A stretch of 55,059 nt of DNA from positions 1 to 55,059 of the IMG/VR virus record IMGVR_UViG_3300032322_000635; one strand, written 5' to 3'. Shown in pieces: positions 38,120 through 47,426 of this stretch. The notes below the pieces were generated by a model. That model was not told where the DNA came from, searched no databases, and saw nothing but the letters and a program-made list of their open reading frames with translations. A program made the position numbers and the translations under genes. Within the stretch, counting starts at the first letter, position 1; every line of letters begins with the position of its first letter. The DNA comes from a virus (taxonomy: Duplodnaviria > Caudoviricetes).

Positions 38120-39786
38120 TGGCTGAAGAATTTTTAGACGAACAACCTATGGGTGGATTAGGTTCAGTTCAGCCTGAAACCACAAAAAAAGAAGAGTTTG
38201 TTGAATCTCCAAAAGCTTCAGAATCAGAGAAGAAAATCTCTGCTGCTCAAAAACTTCGCGATCAAAATTTAAAATTAAATGCTCAGATTGAAAAGCTAAT
38301 GAGTAGTTTAGATAGTAGGAATACGTCTCCTATTAATGAAAAATTACTAGCACTGTCTGAGGGCTTTTTAGCTCCTACAAAAACTGGTGGATTTGGTGAG
38401 TCAGCTGGTGCAGCTGCTGGCAAATATAGAGAAGTTGCTGGCGAAGAGAGAAAACGTTTAACGGAAGCAGAAAAAACTAAACTTGACTTCATGATCCAAC
38501 AATATGGTTTAAGCCAAAAAGATTACGAGCTTCAAAAGAAAATTGAAGGTCAAGAATTCATGCGTGATTACTTTAATAAAGGCCAACCTGGCGGTAAAAT
38601 TAATACTGCTGCTACTGAAGCTACCGCTGCAAGTGGCGAACCTAGCTTACAAGACATGATAGGCAGAGGTCAGCCAACTGGTGGAATCAGAACTATCACT
38701 TTATCTGACATCGCTAACGCTCCTGAAGAAGCTAGACCAACACTTGAGAAGCTTTATGATAATCAACAAAATGCACTTAAAATTGGCCAAGGTGAATTTG
38801 GCGCAACTAAAACATTCTTACCAGTGCTTAACGAATCTACAGATACATTAACTGTTCAACAAGCACGTGAATTAAATGCGTTGAAAAATGCCACAAGAGG
38901 CATGCCTATAGATCAAAAAGAAAAATACTTTATGGAGTGGTACGCTGAGAACGGTCTCGTCAAAGGCCCTGCTAAGGGAGCTGCTCATCCATACGCTACA
39001 GAAGAAATTGAAACGCCAAAACAAAAAGAGAAGCGCTTGAAAATTTCAGAAGCTATAGACACGGAGCGCGGTAAAGAAACTGTCAAACGTCAAGCTGCAG
39101 ACATTACTGCATATAACGATGAAGCTAAGCTTGGTTCAAACATTGCTATTAGCGCTAAGCAAATGTATGACTATGCAAGCGATCCAAACTTAGAAGGCAT
39201 GTTTGGTTTACTAGCCAAGAAAGGCATGACAAACGCATTCTTTACAGCTATGAAAGAGCCAGTAAAAATTGGTAGCGTATCTATTGGCGTAGGTAACATT
39301 GAAGACGTTATTAGAACTGCTGGCGGTACAGACGAACAAATCGCGGCCGCAGCTGCATTCAAGAAACCAGCGTCAGAATCTGAATTAGCTTTCACACGTA
39401 TCTATCTTGCTAAACAAGGTGCTATTACAGAAGGCGAACGTGCAATTGTTAGAAACATCATGCCTAGCCTATCAGACCCAGCTAAGATTGTAAGACTTAA
39501 ATCTGAGTTAATGATTGCTAGAGCTCAATTTGATCAACAAAAAGCAGATTTGTTTAATTCTTATGTTAGACAGAATCCGTCTGCTACAGCGTTTGATTTT
39601 GAGCACGATGCAAGCTCACCATATAAATCATTACTTAAAAATTACGCTGAGCATACGGCTGAGATATCTAATGAATATATGCCAGGCGCTGTTAAAGATC
39701 CGCTCAAAGGTGTATCGTCAACAAAAGACAAGGCAAGAAAAGGCTCAAGCCTTTGGAATAAAGTACAAGAACAATACAAGGACTAA
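38119..39786 (+). CDS. Probable ejection protein (helical)
   Basis: LAPTKTGGFGES and QGAITEGER motifs; coiled coil; position in the ejection cluster. Confidence 0.6.
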   Translation: MAEEFLDEQPMGGLGSVQPETTKKEEFVESPKASESEKKISAAQKLRDQNLKLNAQIEKLMSSLDSRNTSPINEKLLALSEGFLAPTKTGGFGESAGAAAGKYREVAGEERKRLTEAEKTKLDFMIQQYGLSQKDYELQKKIEGQEFMRDYFNKGQPGGKINTAATEATAASGEPSLQDMIGRGQPTGGIRTITLSDIANAPEEARPTLEKLYDNQQNALKIGQGEFGATKTFLPVLNESTDTLTVQQARELNALKNATRGMPIDQKEKYFMEWYAENGLVKGPAKGAAHPYATEEIETPKQKEKRLKISEAIDTERGKETVKRQAADITAYNDEAKLGSNIAISAKQMYDYASDPNLEGMFGLLAKKGMTNAFFTAMKEPVKIGSVSIGVGNIEDVIRTAGGTDEQIAAAAAFKKPASESELAFTRIYLAKQGAITEGERAIVRNIMPSLSDPAKIVRLKSELMIARAQFDQQKADLFNSYVRQNPSATAFDFEHDASSPYKSLLKNYAEHTAEISNEYMPGAVKDPLKGVSSTKDKARKGSSLWNKVQEQYKD

Positions 39787-39789
39787 GCC

Positions 39790-41064
39790 ATGGAAATGGA
39801 TTTCACCAAAGCAGATCTTACTGAAGATCAAATTGCTAATATTAAAAAGATTGGAGCCAAGGCCGAGGAATATGGCATTGACCCTGATTTAGCATTGGCT
39901 GTCGCTTGGAGAGAAAACCGTTTTACTATGGGTGCAGACTCACCTAAAGGTGCTATTGGCATTATGCAAGTTATGCCTGGCAACGCTAAAGGCCTTGGAG
40001 TTAAGGTTGAAGACTTACGCAATCCTGATATCAACATTGACGCTGGCATGAAAATATTGAGAGAAAATCTTGATATGTTTGATGGCAATGAAAGAGCTGC
40101 GCTTGTAGCGTATAACGCCAGCCCTAACACAGCAAAGCGTTACATGAAGAACAAAGAAAATCCCGATACAATTCCTGAAGAGACAAGAATATATTTAGAA
40201 GATATCCACTCTGTACGTCCATTGATTGCTGACGCAGAAGAAGAAGAGATGGAAGGCCCATCTTTTGAAAGGCCAACTGCATCAGCTGTAGAAAAACCAT
40301 CTTTTTCATCAGCGGAAGAAGAGGCTGCTTGGATAGCAGAACATCCTGGACTTGCTGGCGCAGGTGCTGGAGCTGCTTCAGGTATTGGAGAGAAGCTATA
40401 TAAGTACGGACAAGAATCTGTATCAAAAGCAAGGCCTGATATCATTTCTGACGAAGCTATGAAAGAAGCTATGAAAAGCACTAGTTCAGGTGATAAGTGG
40501 GCTAAAGCTATTGGTGGCCCAGGTGGACAAGATGTAACAACCGCCGCAAAAAACTTACAGCTAAGCAAGGGCCTAGAGGGCGGTGAGACCCTAACTAAAT
40601 CAGGCATCATATTACCTGCTGGAGAACAAGAAAAATTAGATGCTGAGCTTGCTAAAAAACAAGCTGAGCTTGAAGAAAGACTTACAACAAAAAGAGCCAA
40701 AGCAAGTAAATATTTAAAAGAAAAAGTGCCATTCTATGAAAAAGGCGTTGCAGCTGGTAAGGTTATGAGCAAGGGCGCAGCTAAGATTTTATCTAAACTA
40801 GCGCCAGTGTCTACAACCGCTACAGGCTTGATTGGTGGATCCCAGTTAGGTGAGTCAGCAGAAAGATTTAAACGTGGAGACATTAAAGGCGGATTGTTAT
40901 CAGGCGTGACAGGCGCAACTAATCTTATAGCTACACAACCATTCTTTCCAGTGGCCCGCGGAGCTGCAGGACTTGCATCTATACCACTAGATATTGCTGA
41001 TTATATGTACGACCCTGAACAATACAGCGTAGTCAAAGAATCCATCAAAAAGAAAAAAGATTAA
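39790..41064 (+). CDS. Virion-associated lytic transglycosylase (SLT domain) ejection protein
   Basis: DPDLALAVAWREN, SPKGAIGIMQVMP, NIDAG, ALVAYNA, ETRIY. Confidence 0.88.
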   Translation: MEMDFTKADLTEDQIANIKKIGAKAEEYGIDPDLALAVAWRENRFTMGADSPKGAIGIMQVMPGNAKGLGVKVEDLRNPDINIDAGMKILRENLDMFDGNERAALVAYNASPNTAKRYMKNKENPDTIPEETRIYLEDIHSVRPLIADAEEEEMEGPSFERPTASAVEKPSFSSAEEEAAWIAEHPGLAGAGAGAASGIGEKLYKYGQESVSKARPDIISDEAMKEAMKSTSSGDKWAKAIGGPGGQDVTTAAKNLQLSKGLEGGETLTKSGIILPAGEQEKLDAELAKKQAELEERLTTKRAKASKYLKEKVPFYEKGVAAGKVMSKGAAKILSKLAPVSTTATGLIGGSQLGESAERFKRGDIKGGLLSGVTGATNLIATQPFFPVARGAAGLASIPLDIADYMYDPEQYSVVKESIKKKKD

Positions 41065-41405
41065 AGCTCTTTCGGATCATAGCCATAGATCGTGGCAATC
41101 TTATGAGTCCATTTCTTAAAAGTTTTATCATGCTTCTCATAATTGGCTTTGCCTTGGAGATAAAGCAGCATATGGACCATCTCATGGAGGATTGTCTTAC
41201 AGATATTGTCGAAGTGAGTTTGTCTTGCTAATGATATTGTAATGACGTGCGGGGAAGGTTGATACATACCCAGTATCTCAGGATCGTTCACTATAATCCA
41301 CTCTATCTGGGATGGGAGTGGCATCTGAATCTTATCAAACGGCGGCAGCTTACAGAACAATGCATACATTGCTTTTACATGCTCTATTGTGCCTAAGTTT
41401 GTCAT
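41061..41405 (-). CDS. SprT-like HExxH metallopeptidase domain protein
   Basis: TILHEMVH followed by HDKTF. Confidence 0.7.
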   Translation of the reverse strand: MTNLGTIEHVKAMYALFCKLPPFDKIQMPLPSQIEWIIVNDPEILGMYQPSPHVITISLARQTHFDNICKTILHEMVHMLLYLQGKANYEKHDKTFKKWTHKIATIYGYDPKEL

Positions 41406-41608
41406 GACTTAAATAATCTCCAATCGCTATTTGCACCAGGTTTAATTTTCTTGGGAAGCTTGATAAGCCCAAGGCTTTCTAATTCGTTAAGTCTAGCATT
41501 GTTTATACCACATGCGATAACAATTTTTTTGCGGTTGGTATTAGGGTATTTTTCCATATACTCTGTAATTTCTTGAATCAGTTCATCTTTTGATCTTTTT
41601 CTTGGCAT
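41402..41608 (-). CDS. Small basic protein, possible winged helix
   Basis: ORF track; LNELESLGLIKL. Confidence 0.55.
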   Translation of the reverse strand: MPRKRSKDELIQEITEYMEKYPNTNRKKIVIACGINNARLNELESLGLIKLPKKIKPGANSDWRLFKS

Positions 41609-41610
41609 AA

Positions 41611-41976
41611 TTAGTAGAAAATGTGGTTTTGGATAACTACTTTGGCTGGCTTGCTTTTAGCCCAAATAGGTTTAGGTTTGAGATTGACTTCATGAAAGTA
41701 GTAGGCTCCCTTAGAGGTGTCTTTGACTTTAAAATTTAGCACTTGATGCGCTATGTTTAAGAACGGTCGCAATTCCGCAGCGCTTCGTTCAGGTGGCTTA
41801 ATTTTACCATACCAAGAAAATTGATAAGGCCTACGCAGCTCCTTACAAATATTCTCAGGTTTAAACTCAGCCCTTCGATACAACACCATCATCACGGCCT
41901 GCTGGCCAATCAGTGGCTCACCTCTTGCTTCCATGTACCCGACCTGGGCCAGGCACACTAATGCTGCTTCTAACAT
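41611..41976 (-). CDS. SleB/CwlJ-like cell wall hydrolase (Hydrolase_2)
   Basis: CLAQVGYMEARGEP..GQ.AV, QFSW, GAYYFH, P.WA, NHIFY. Confidence 0.85.
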   Translation of the reverse strand: MLEAALVCLAQVGYMEARGEPLIGQQAVMMVLYRRAEFKPENICKELRRPYQFSWYGKIKPPERSAAELRPFLNIAHQVLNFKVKDTSKGAYYFHEVNLKPKPIWAKSKPAKVVIQNHIFY

Positions 41977-42011
41977 ACTACCTCCTTACTAAAGTCTCTT
42001 TGCGTGAGAGA

Positions 42012-42236
42012 TTACTTGCGATCCTCCAAGAGCCTTGCGACGTCTCTATTAACCGACTTCACAATTTCCACGCAGCGAGCATGCTCTTCCAATCGAATGC
42101 GATCAGCTATGACCGCTTCAATCTTGTTAGCAAATTCCAGTACATCTAGTGACTCATCCGTTGGGTCTGTATACAAACCTTTAGGATCATTGTTCTTACA
42201 ATAGAAAAATATTTGTTTTACTAACTCTTCATTCAT
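42012..42236 (-). CDS. Hypothetical protein
   Basis: ORF track; packed in the leftward operon. Confidence 0.6.
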   Translation of the reverse strand: MNEELVKQIFFYCKNNDPKGLYTDPTDESLDVLEFANKIEAVIADRIRLEEHARCVEIVKSVNRDVARLLEDRK

Positions 42237-42448
42237 TCTTGCTCTCTTTTCATTCTAAACAACTCCCAATTGATAACCACGTTACGGGCCAAGCCCTTTT
42301 GTGCCATCGTTTGGTAAGGGTTAAAATCGCTATGTAGAAACTCTTCAAACACATCGTGCTTAGCTAACTGCATTTCATGAAGGTCAGCTTCAGTTTGAGT
42401 TTCAAAAATCTTGCCATCTTTAGTTTTAAATGCGCTGATAATGTCCAT
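42233..42448 (-). CDS. Hypothetical protein (MDIISAFKTKDGKIFET...)
   Basis: Start moved to ATG 42448, just after the upstream stop; DGK.F...EA..HE motif. Confidence 0.6.
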   Translation of the reverse strand: MDIISAFKTKDGKIFETQTEADLHEMQLAKHDVFEEFLHSDFNPYQTMAQKGLARNVVINWELFRMKREQE

Positions 42449-42449
42449 A

Positions 42450-43277
42450 TTATTTATGTTTATTCTTAAGTTGCCAAAAATACAGAAGATGCGTAAACAT
42501 CTCCCACCCACGTTGCAAGTCTTCTTCAGACCATTCAATTATTTTACAAGGAACTGTTTTTTTGCCGTCAACTTCTAGCTCTTGCCTGGCTACAAAAATA
42601 TTGGCACAACGCGCATTAGGAATACCTAGCCCTACTCGGTATGCCGCTAACTGCATGAGATGATCTTCGTATGCTACCACATCTTTAGGGTCAGTAAAAT
42701 CTTTAGTTTTGACGTCAACCACAATCCCACCTTCTATGACTTCATTTGGTGCATGTAAGTCACATTTTCCAGCAAAACCTAATTCATGACCGAAAGATCG
42801 CTCAGCAACCCATCCAATTCTTCCATAATGAGCTTCTAACGCATTAACTGTACATTGGACATGGATAGGGTACCCAGGATGAGAAATGCCCTCAAAAAAC
42901 GATTCTATGGCTGCATGGATAGCCGTACCTTTATCAGCCGCATCTCGACCTTGTTGTTTAGAGTCAGAGATAATTCGGTCAATATAGACTTGCTCATCTT
43001 CGCCATGGCGTCTTGTTGAGGTTAAGGCTGCCATAAGTACCTGAGTTTGCATCCAGGCCACTAAAGCTGGCTTAGCCGCAACTCCAAGTATAGTAGTCAC
43101 AGACGGAACTAAGTCCATTGTGCGAGCGTCTCTTAAAGTTGTATTACGTTCTTTACCGTTCTTGCCAGTAATAGTGTACTGCGGTATGCCGTCTCGAGTG
43201 TACCAATGATTAGATTCTGAAGCTCTAACCTTTGGAGATTCAGATAAATACATAAAGCTCTTCTTTTCTTCAGTCAT
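42450..43277 (-). CDS. PD-(D/E)xK exonuclease
   Basis: PSVTTIL, GTAIH, FAGKCDL, VDVKT, QLAAY. Confidence 0.85.
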   Translation of the reverse strand: MTEEKKSFMYLSESPKVRASESNHWYTRDGIPQYTITGKNGKERNTTLRDARTMDLVPSVTTILGVAAKPALVAWMQTQVLMAALTSTRRHGEDEQVYIDRIISDSKQQGRDAADKGTAIHAAIESFFEGISHPGYPIHVQCTVNALEAHYGRIGWVAERSFGHELGFAGKCDLHAPNEVIEGGIVVDVKTKDFTDPKDVVAYEDHLMQLAAYRVGLGIPNARCANIFVARQELEVDGKKTVPCKIIEWSEEDLQRGWEMFTHLLYFWQLKNKHK

Positions 43278-43533
43278 CTTTAAACTCCATATCTAGTTGA
43301 TCACTATCAGTGATGACATCATCAAACTCTGTATCTGTTGTGCCTCTACATATATGATGCATTGCATTCATTTGCACTTGGCCTTCATGCACATCTAATG
43401 CGCCGTCAAATATAAATCCACACCCTTTTAAAAAGAGTTCCATGTTCGCAATCACATCACTTAAGTCATCAGATTCAAACTCTAATTTATTTTTATAGCC
43501 GTCGTCTTTCATTTCTAATTTATACTTAACCAT
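43270..43533 (-). CDS. Acidic hypothetical protein
   Basis: ORF track; FLKGCGF motif. Confidence 0.6.
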   Translation of the reverse strand: MVKYKLEMKDDGYKNKLEFESDDLSDVIANMELFLKGCGFIFDGALDVHEGQVQMNAMHHICRGTTDTEFDDVITDSDQLDMEFKDD

Positions 43534-43542
43534 GATTATCCT

Positions 43543-44046
43543 TTATTTAAAGCGAGCGAATGAGCCGTGAAGATCAACTCTAGTTTTTTGTAAAAATTTA
43601 ATAGCAGATAGTTTGTCTTTAAATAATTTAACAATTGGAACATTGTCACGATAAATAGAAGCTCTGTAATAAATATAAACTTTGTTGTTTAACTTAACTT
43701 TTTGTATGCTCATGCCTTTGACGCCAGTTTTGTTATCTTTGTTTATACGCCTATTATGTTGATTTTGGCTTGGATTTGCTATGCGCAAATTTTTGATGTC
43801 ATTGTTTAATTTATTTCCATCAATGTGGTCAATCATTTTAGGAAGGTAGCCATGGTGGTACATCCAAATTACTCGATGGGCCATCGTTGTTCTGCCATTA
43901 ATAGACACTGCCAAATAACCAGCGCTATGCGGATGCTCAGCTTTGGCTCCCTTTTTCTTTCCATACTTTCCATCTTCTCTGTAAAACAAACTTCCATTTT
44001 GGTAATAAAACATCTCTTGCATTTTTTCTTGTGTTAATTGACTCAT
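43543..44046 (-). CDS. HNH homing endonuclease
   Basis: AHRVIW, IDHIDGNKLNNDIKNLR, NKTGVKG, terminal LHGSFA (AP2-like tail). Confidence 0.9.
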   Translation of the reverse strand: MSQLTQEKMQEMFYYQNGSLFYREDGKYGKKKGAKAEHPHSAGYLAVSINGRTTMAHRVIWMYHHGYLPKMIDHIDGNKLNNDIKNLRIANPSQNQHNRRINKDNKTGVKGMSIQKVKLNNKVYIYYRASIYRDNVPIVKLFKDKLSAIKFLQKTRVDLHGSFARFK

Positions 44047-44055
44047 ATGTATCTC

Positions 44056-44724
44056 CTATCCCTCTCTTAAAAATCGATGTAATTCTTTTGAATAAAATTC
44101 AATCTTTGCAGCTTCTTGAACTGAGTCATCTTTAAGGCCAATACGTGTATTATATTTTTCAATATTGCCACGTAAGAATCCTATGTATTGCTCAGGTGGA
44201 AACTTAGCTCTAATGTAATCAAGCATCTCAATCCCGCCCTGAGTGTAGTGAGGTGGGTGATTGATCATGTCAGGTTTAGGTTTTTCTTCTCTATCCAATT
44301 CGGCATGCCTTTCTCTATGATGATATTTACAAAGCCATACAACTTCTAAAGGTTTGTTATAGTCTTCATGATGTCCAACTACATGTTCGGTAGTGCCACA
44401 CTTCTCACAAGGCTGCCTAACTAACTCACCTTTTTGGATTGCATAAGCAACCTTTTGATGGGCCGTCTTCTTTAATTTATTTTCTGCGAGCCAAAACTTT
44501 TTATGTGGAGCTACTTGTTTGAAGGAAAGTAATTTCTTACCTTCCCTCCGTTCTTTGTAGTACGTTGACTTGCATGATATACAATAACTTTCCACACCAT
44601 CCCTAGTAAGAACATTTTTATAGAACTCATCTACTGACTTCTCTATTTTGCATCTAGTGCAAAACTTTGTAGACGCTAGTTTAAATGGCAATGGATCTTT
44701 TGCGTTATCTGCAATATTTTCCAT
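44056..44724 (-). CDS. Zn-finger/HNH-like plus DUF3310 fusion protein
   Basis: CTRC...CISC; PCEKCG...HHEDYNKPLEVVWLCKYHH; DMINHPPHYTQGGIE...GNIEKY. Confidence 0.7.
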   Translation of the reverse strand: MENIADNAKDPLPFKLASTKFCTRCKIEKSVDEFYKNVLTRDGVESYCISCKSTYYKERREGKKLLSFKQVAPHKKFWLAENKLKKTAHQKVAYAIQKGELVRQPCEKCGTTEHVVGHHEDYNKPLEVVWLCKYHHRERHAELDREEKPKPDMINHPPHYTQGGIEMLDYIRAKFPPEQYIGFLRGNIEKYNTRIGLKDDSVQEAAKIEFYSKELHRFLREG

Positions 44725-44726
44725 AG

Positions 44727-45386
44727 TTAGAAAGGTAAATCACTTTCCATGTCATCAAAAGAAGCTCCTCCAACGGCAACCTCAGTAAAGCCATTATCAT
44801 AACTAGCCTTACCATGAATCTTTTCCCACTCAGGTGACAATCTAATTTTATCTTTAAGACCATCAGAAAATGATTCAAACAACTCCATATCAGCTTCATC
44901 AATTTCAAAGATTTTTAATTCATTATATCCATCAGGTAATCCTGCTTTTTTAATGTTAGCTGGGACTGGATTGATATTAAGAATGTTGGTGTATGTCTTA
45001 CCATTATTTTCAGATTGTCCGACAGTGATCATTGCCCATTGACCTAAAATGTTTTTTAATTCAAAACCATTCTTTTCAGACTCAGTAAAAGGTCTACCGC
45101 GCCAAGCTTCAAGGTCTTTACGCAACGCTGCCTTCTCAACCAAAAACGCAGAATAGTTTTTAGACATGGTCATTGGTTTGCCATCTGCGGTAGTAAGCGG
45201 ATTGCCCTCTGAATCTTCTGAATGCACCTCAAATTGAATCATGACTTTCTTAACGTGTTTAACGTTACCCATGTATTCTGATTTTTGAGTGCCTAGTTCA
45301 ATGATTCTATAACATCTAGCAAGATGCATGCCAGGTGGCACTGGTATAAAACTTGATGTACTGCTGTCTTTAACTACTAAACTCAT
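44727..45386 (-). CDS. Probable single-stranded DNA-binding protein
   Basis: OB-fold-type PGMHLARC..IIELGTQ; acidic C-terminus ending DDMESDLPF; same operon as the exonuclease. Confidence 0.65.
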   Translation of the reverse strand: MSLVVKDSSTSSFIPVPPGMHLARCYRIIELGTQKSEYMGNVKHVKKVMIQFEVHSEDSEGNPLTTADGKPMTMSKNYSAFLVEKAALRKDLEAWRGRPFTESEKNGFELKNILGQWAMITVGQSENNGKTYTNILNINPVPANIKKAGLPDGYNELKIFEIDEADMELFESFSDGLKDKIRLSPEWEKIHGKASYDNGFTEVAVGGASFDDMESDLPF

Positions 45387-45588
45387 TCTGTTCTCCTAGG
45401 TTTGTATTAAAAGTTACTTCTCTAAATTTACCGTCAGACAGCCCACACTCAAATCGAATGTGATTCCAATCGTCAGGCGTTGCTACTCCATTTATGGCCC
45501 GACCCATAGCCTGTATCAGCTTTTCTTGTCGTTCCAACATGTCCTGGTGTTGCGCAGCTTGTTGCCAATCATCTTCATAGGAGACCAT
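45370..45588 (-). CDS. Hypothetical protein
   Basis: Start moved to ATG 45588 behind a GGAGGT RBS. Confidence 0.6.
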   Translation of the reverse strand: MVSYEDDWQQAAQHQDMLERQEKLIQAMGRAINGVATPDDWNHIRFECGLSDGKFREVTFNTNLGEQNEFSS

Positions 45589-45817
45589 ATATACCTCCAA
45601 AGACAATTGCTATTAACCCTAAAACCGAGATAGCCACAATTAAAAAATCAACTGTTATTGGCTTGCTTGGTTTATACAATCTTTTCTCTAGCAACACTTG
45701 TTGCAATGCGTCCGCATCTTTACTAGCTCTAGTTTCAAAAGGCTCTTGATATAACAAACCTATTTGAACGCCTGCCTTTGTCATGTACGGCGGTGTTTTT
45801 CTGTAATGCTGTTTCAT
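45575..45817 (-). CDS. Hypothetical protein with C-terminal TM helix; first gene of the leftward operon
   Basis: GAGGAG RBS; hydrophobic C-terminus FLIVAISVLGLIAIVFGGIYGLL. Confidence 0.65.
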   Translation of the reverse strand: MKQHYRKTPPYMTKAGVQIGLLYQEPFETRASKDADALQQVLLEKRLYKPSKPITVDFLIVAISVLGLIAIVFGGIYGLL

Positions 45818-45850
45818 TTGTATCTCCTCTTTTAAGTGAATTGCCCAAAC

Positions 45851-45913
45851 ACATTAACATGTTTAAATAAAAAATACAATACCATTGCAATTAATTAAGA
45901 TTCGTGTAATAGT
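45851..45913. promoter_or_regulatory. Divergent sigma70-like promoter pair
   Basis: Minus strand TTGTAT-N17-TAATGT with extended TG (45879-45851); plus strand TTGCAA-N17-AATAGT with TG (45885-45913); AT-rich strand-switch region. Confidence 0.55.
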
Positions 45914-45940
45914 CACGTAAACATTCTTAAGGAGGATGGT

Positions 45941-46165
45941 ATGATTTTATTAACGCAAACAGAACGGCAATATTTAAAAATGGCTTCAAGCAATATGACG
46001 CCTGAAAATTTTACTAGCTTGTCAGACGAAGCTAGAGATGATCACACGCGAAATCTTGACAAGGTTATTTATGGGCTTATGGAAGAAAACCCAAACGCTT
46101 TTACGGAAGAAGCATTGGCTGACCATAAGAAGAAAAACAGATTAGTTTATAAACTAGGATCATAA
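45941..46165 (+). CDS. Hypothetical protein
   Basis: AAGGAGG RBS; first gene of the rightward operon. Confidence 0.65.
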   Translation: MILLTQTERQYLKMASSNMTPENFTSLSDEARDDHTRNLDKVIYGLMEENPNAFTEEALADHKKKNRLVYKLGS

Positions 46166-46166
46166 C

Positions 46167-46391
46167 ATGAATTTATACGAGTACTTTCAAGACAAACCTC
46201 GAGGATTTAAAACACAGTTTGCAAAGAAGGTAGGCATTACTAAGACCTGGCTGTCACAAATTATTAGTGGCAGACAAATTCCTAGTTCACCTTTATGCAA
46301 TGCGATAGAAAGATTTACGGACGGCCATGTAAAGAGAGAGGAACTTAGGCCTGACATTTTTCTTAGGCCTGACATTTTTGGAGATACATAA
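46167..46391 (+). CDS. Cro/YdaS-like HTH transcriptional regulator
   Basis: FAKKVGITKTWLSQIISGRQIPS HTH; IERFTDGHV.REELRPD C-terminus typical of YdaS/Cro. Confidence 0.85.
   Translation: MNLYEYFQDKPRGFKTQFAKKVGITKTWLSQIISGRQIPSSPLCNAIERFTDGHVKREELRPDIFLRPDIFGDT
46344..46379 (+). repeat. Perfect 18-bp tandem duplication
   Basis: CTTAGGCCTGACATTTTT x2, encoding LRPDIF twice. Confidence 0.95.
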
Positions 46392-46392
46392 T

Positions 46393-47070
46393 ATGCATTG
46401 GTACAAATTTAATATAGCTGATTACAAAAAAGATACAGACCACCTAACTATGTTGGAGCATGGCGCTTATCTTAAATTACTTAACAAATATTATTTAAAC
46501 GAAGAACCACTTCCATTAGAAGAAACACAACTTTTTAGACTTATAGGAGTAAGAGGCGATGATGAAGCGACTGCGATTAGAAGTGTACTACAAGATTTTT
46601 TCACTAAGAGTGAGATGGGTTTTATTCACAAACGATGTGATGTTGTTATTGAAGAGTATAAAGAGAAGTCTTACAAAGCTAGTCAATCTGCTAAAGCAAA
46701 GTGGGATAAGATAAATAATGCGAATGCTATGCGAACGCAGTGCGATGGCAATGCTAACTCAGTAACTCAAGAACTAAAGAACTCATCTATAGGCGCGTCT
46801 TTAAGATTCGAAGAATTTTGGTCTGTATGGCCTCGAGGTGAAAGAAAGATGGCTAAGGCAGCTCTCAAGAAAAAATGGGAGAAGGAAGGCCTGGATGAAA
46901 TTGCCGATAAGATCATATCGCATGTTGAGAAGATGAAATTAACTGATCAGTGGACCCGAGGCTTTGAGCCCATGCCAGCAACCTACATTAATCAAAAGCG
47001 TTATTTGGACGCTGATGATGTTGACACACAAGCTGGAGTTCCTCTGAACATGTTAAGGAAAGCAATATGA
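46393..47070 (+). CDS. DUF1376/YdaU-like replication initiator (lambda O analogue)
   Basis: MHWYKFNIADYKKDT.HL...EHGAY..LL..YY..E.PL; C-terminal FEEFWSVWPR...PATYINQKRY; internal iterons. Confidence 0.8.
   Translation: MHWYKFNIADYKKDTDHLTMLEHGAYLKLLNKYYLNEEPLPLEETQLFRLIGVRGDDEATAIRSVLQDFFTKSEMGFIHKRCDVVIEEYKEKSYKASQSAKAKWDKINNANAMRTQCDGNANSVTQELKNSSIGASLRFEEFWSVWPRGERKMAKAALKKKWEKEGLDEIADKIISHVEKMKLTDQWTRGFEPMPATYINQKRYLDADDVDTQAGVPLNMLRKAI
46719..46762. repeat. Putative replication-origin iterons (four 11-bp units)
   Basis: TGCGAATGCTA / TGCGAACGCAG / TGCGATGGCAA / TGCTAACTCAG in the linker of the initiator gene. Confidence 0.6.
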
Positions 47071-47426
47071 TTGGATTAGATAAGTTACTAGACGTTAGGA
47101 AGGATGGCGTGACGCCCGAGGTAGTTAACATATGGGTAGGCAATGATAAAGATCCACATTACGAGGGCGTATGGCACAAGTACTCAGACACTCAAAAGTA
47201 CCCATGCATTCTTATCGAGCCTGAAGACAATTTAGATGCGCTTGATTTTAGATCAATGTTTGGCATGACAATATTTATCAGAGGTGACATGCCTGACAAG
47301 ATGTTAAAGGTTTATGAAAAGATTGAGAAGTGCAAGCCAGGACGAGTATTTATATTTAACCACGGACAAGTTGACATTGAAATTTTAGATAGCGAGGGAT
47401 TATTAAGTGGAATTATTGCAGCCTAA
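47067..47426 (+). CDS. Hypothetical replication-module protein
   Basis: ORF track; overlaps both initiator and helicase. Confidence 0.65.
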   Translation: MIGLDKLLDVRKDGVTPEVVNIWVGNDKDPHYEGVWHKYSDTQKYPCILIEPEDNLDALDFRSMFGMTIFIRGDMPDKMLKVYEKIEKCKPGRVFIFNHGQVDIEILDSEGLLSGIIAA

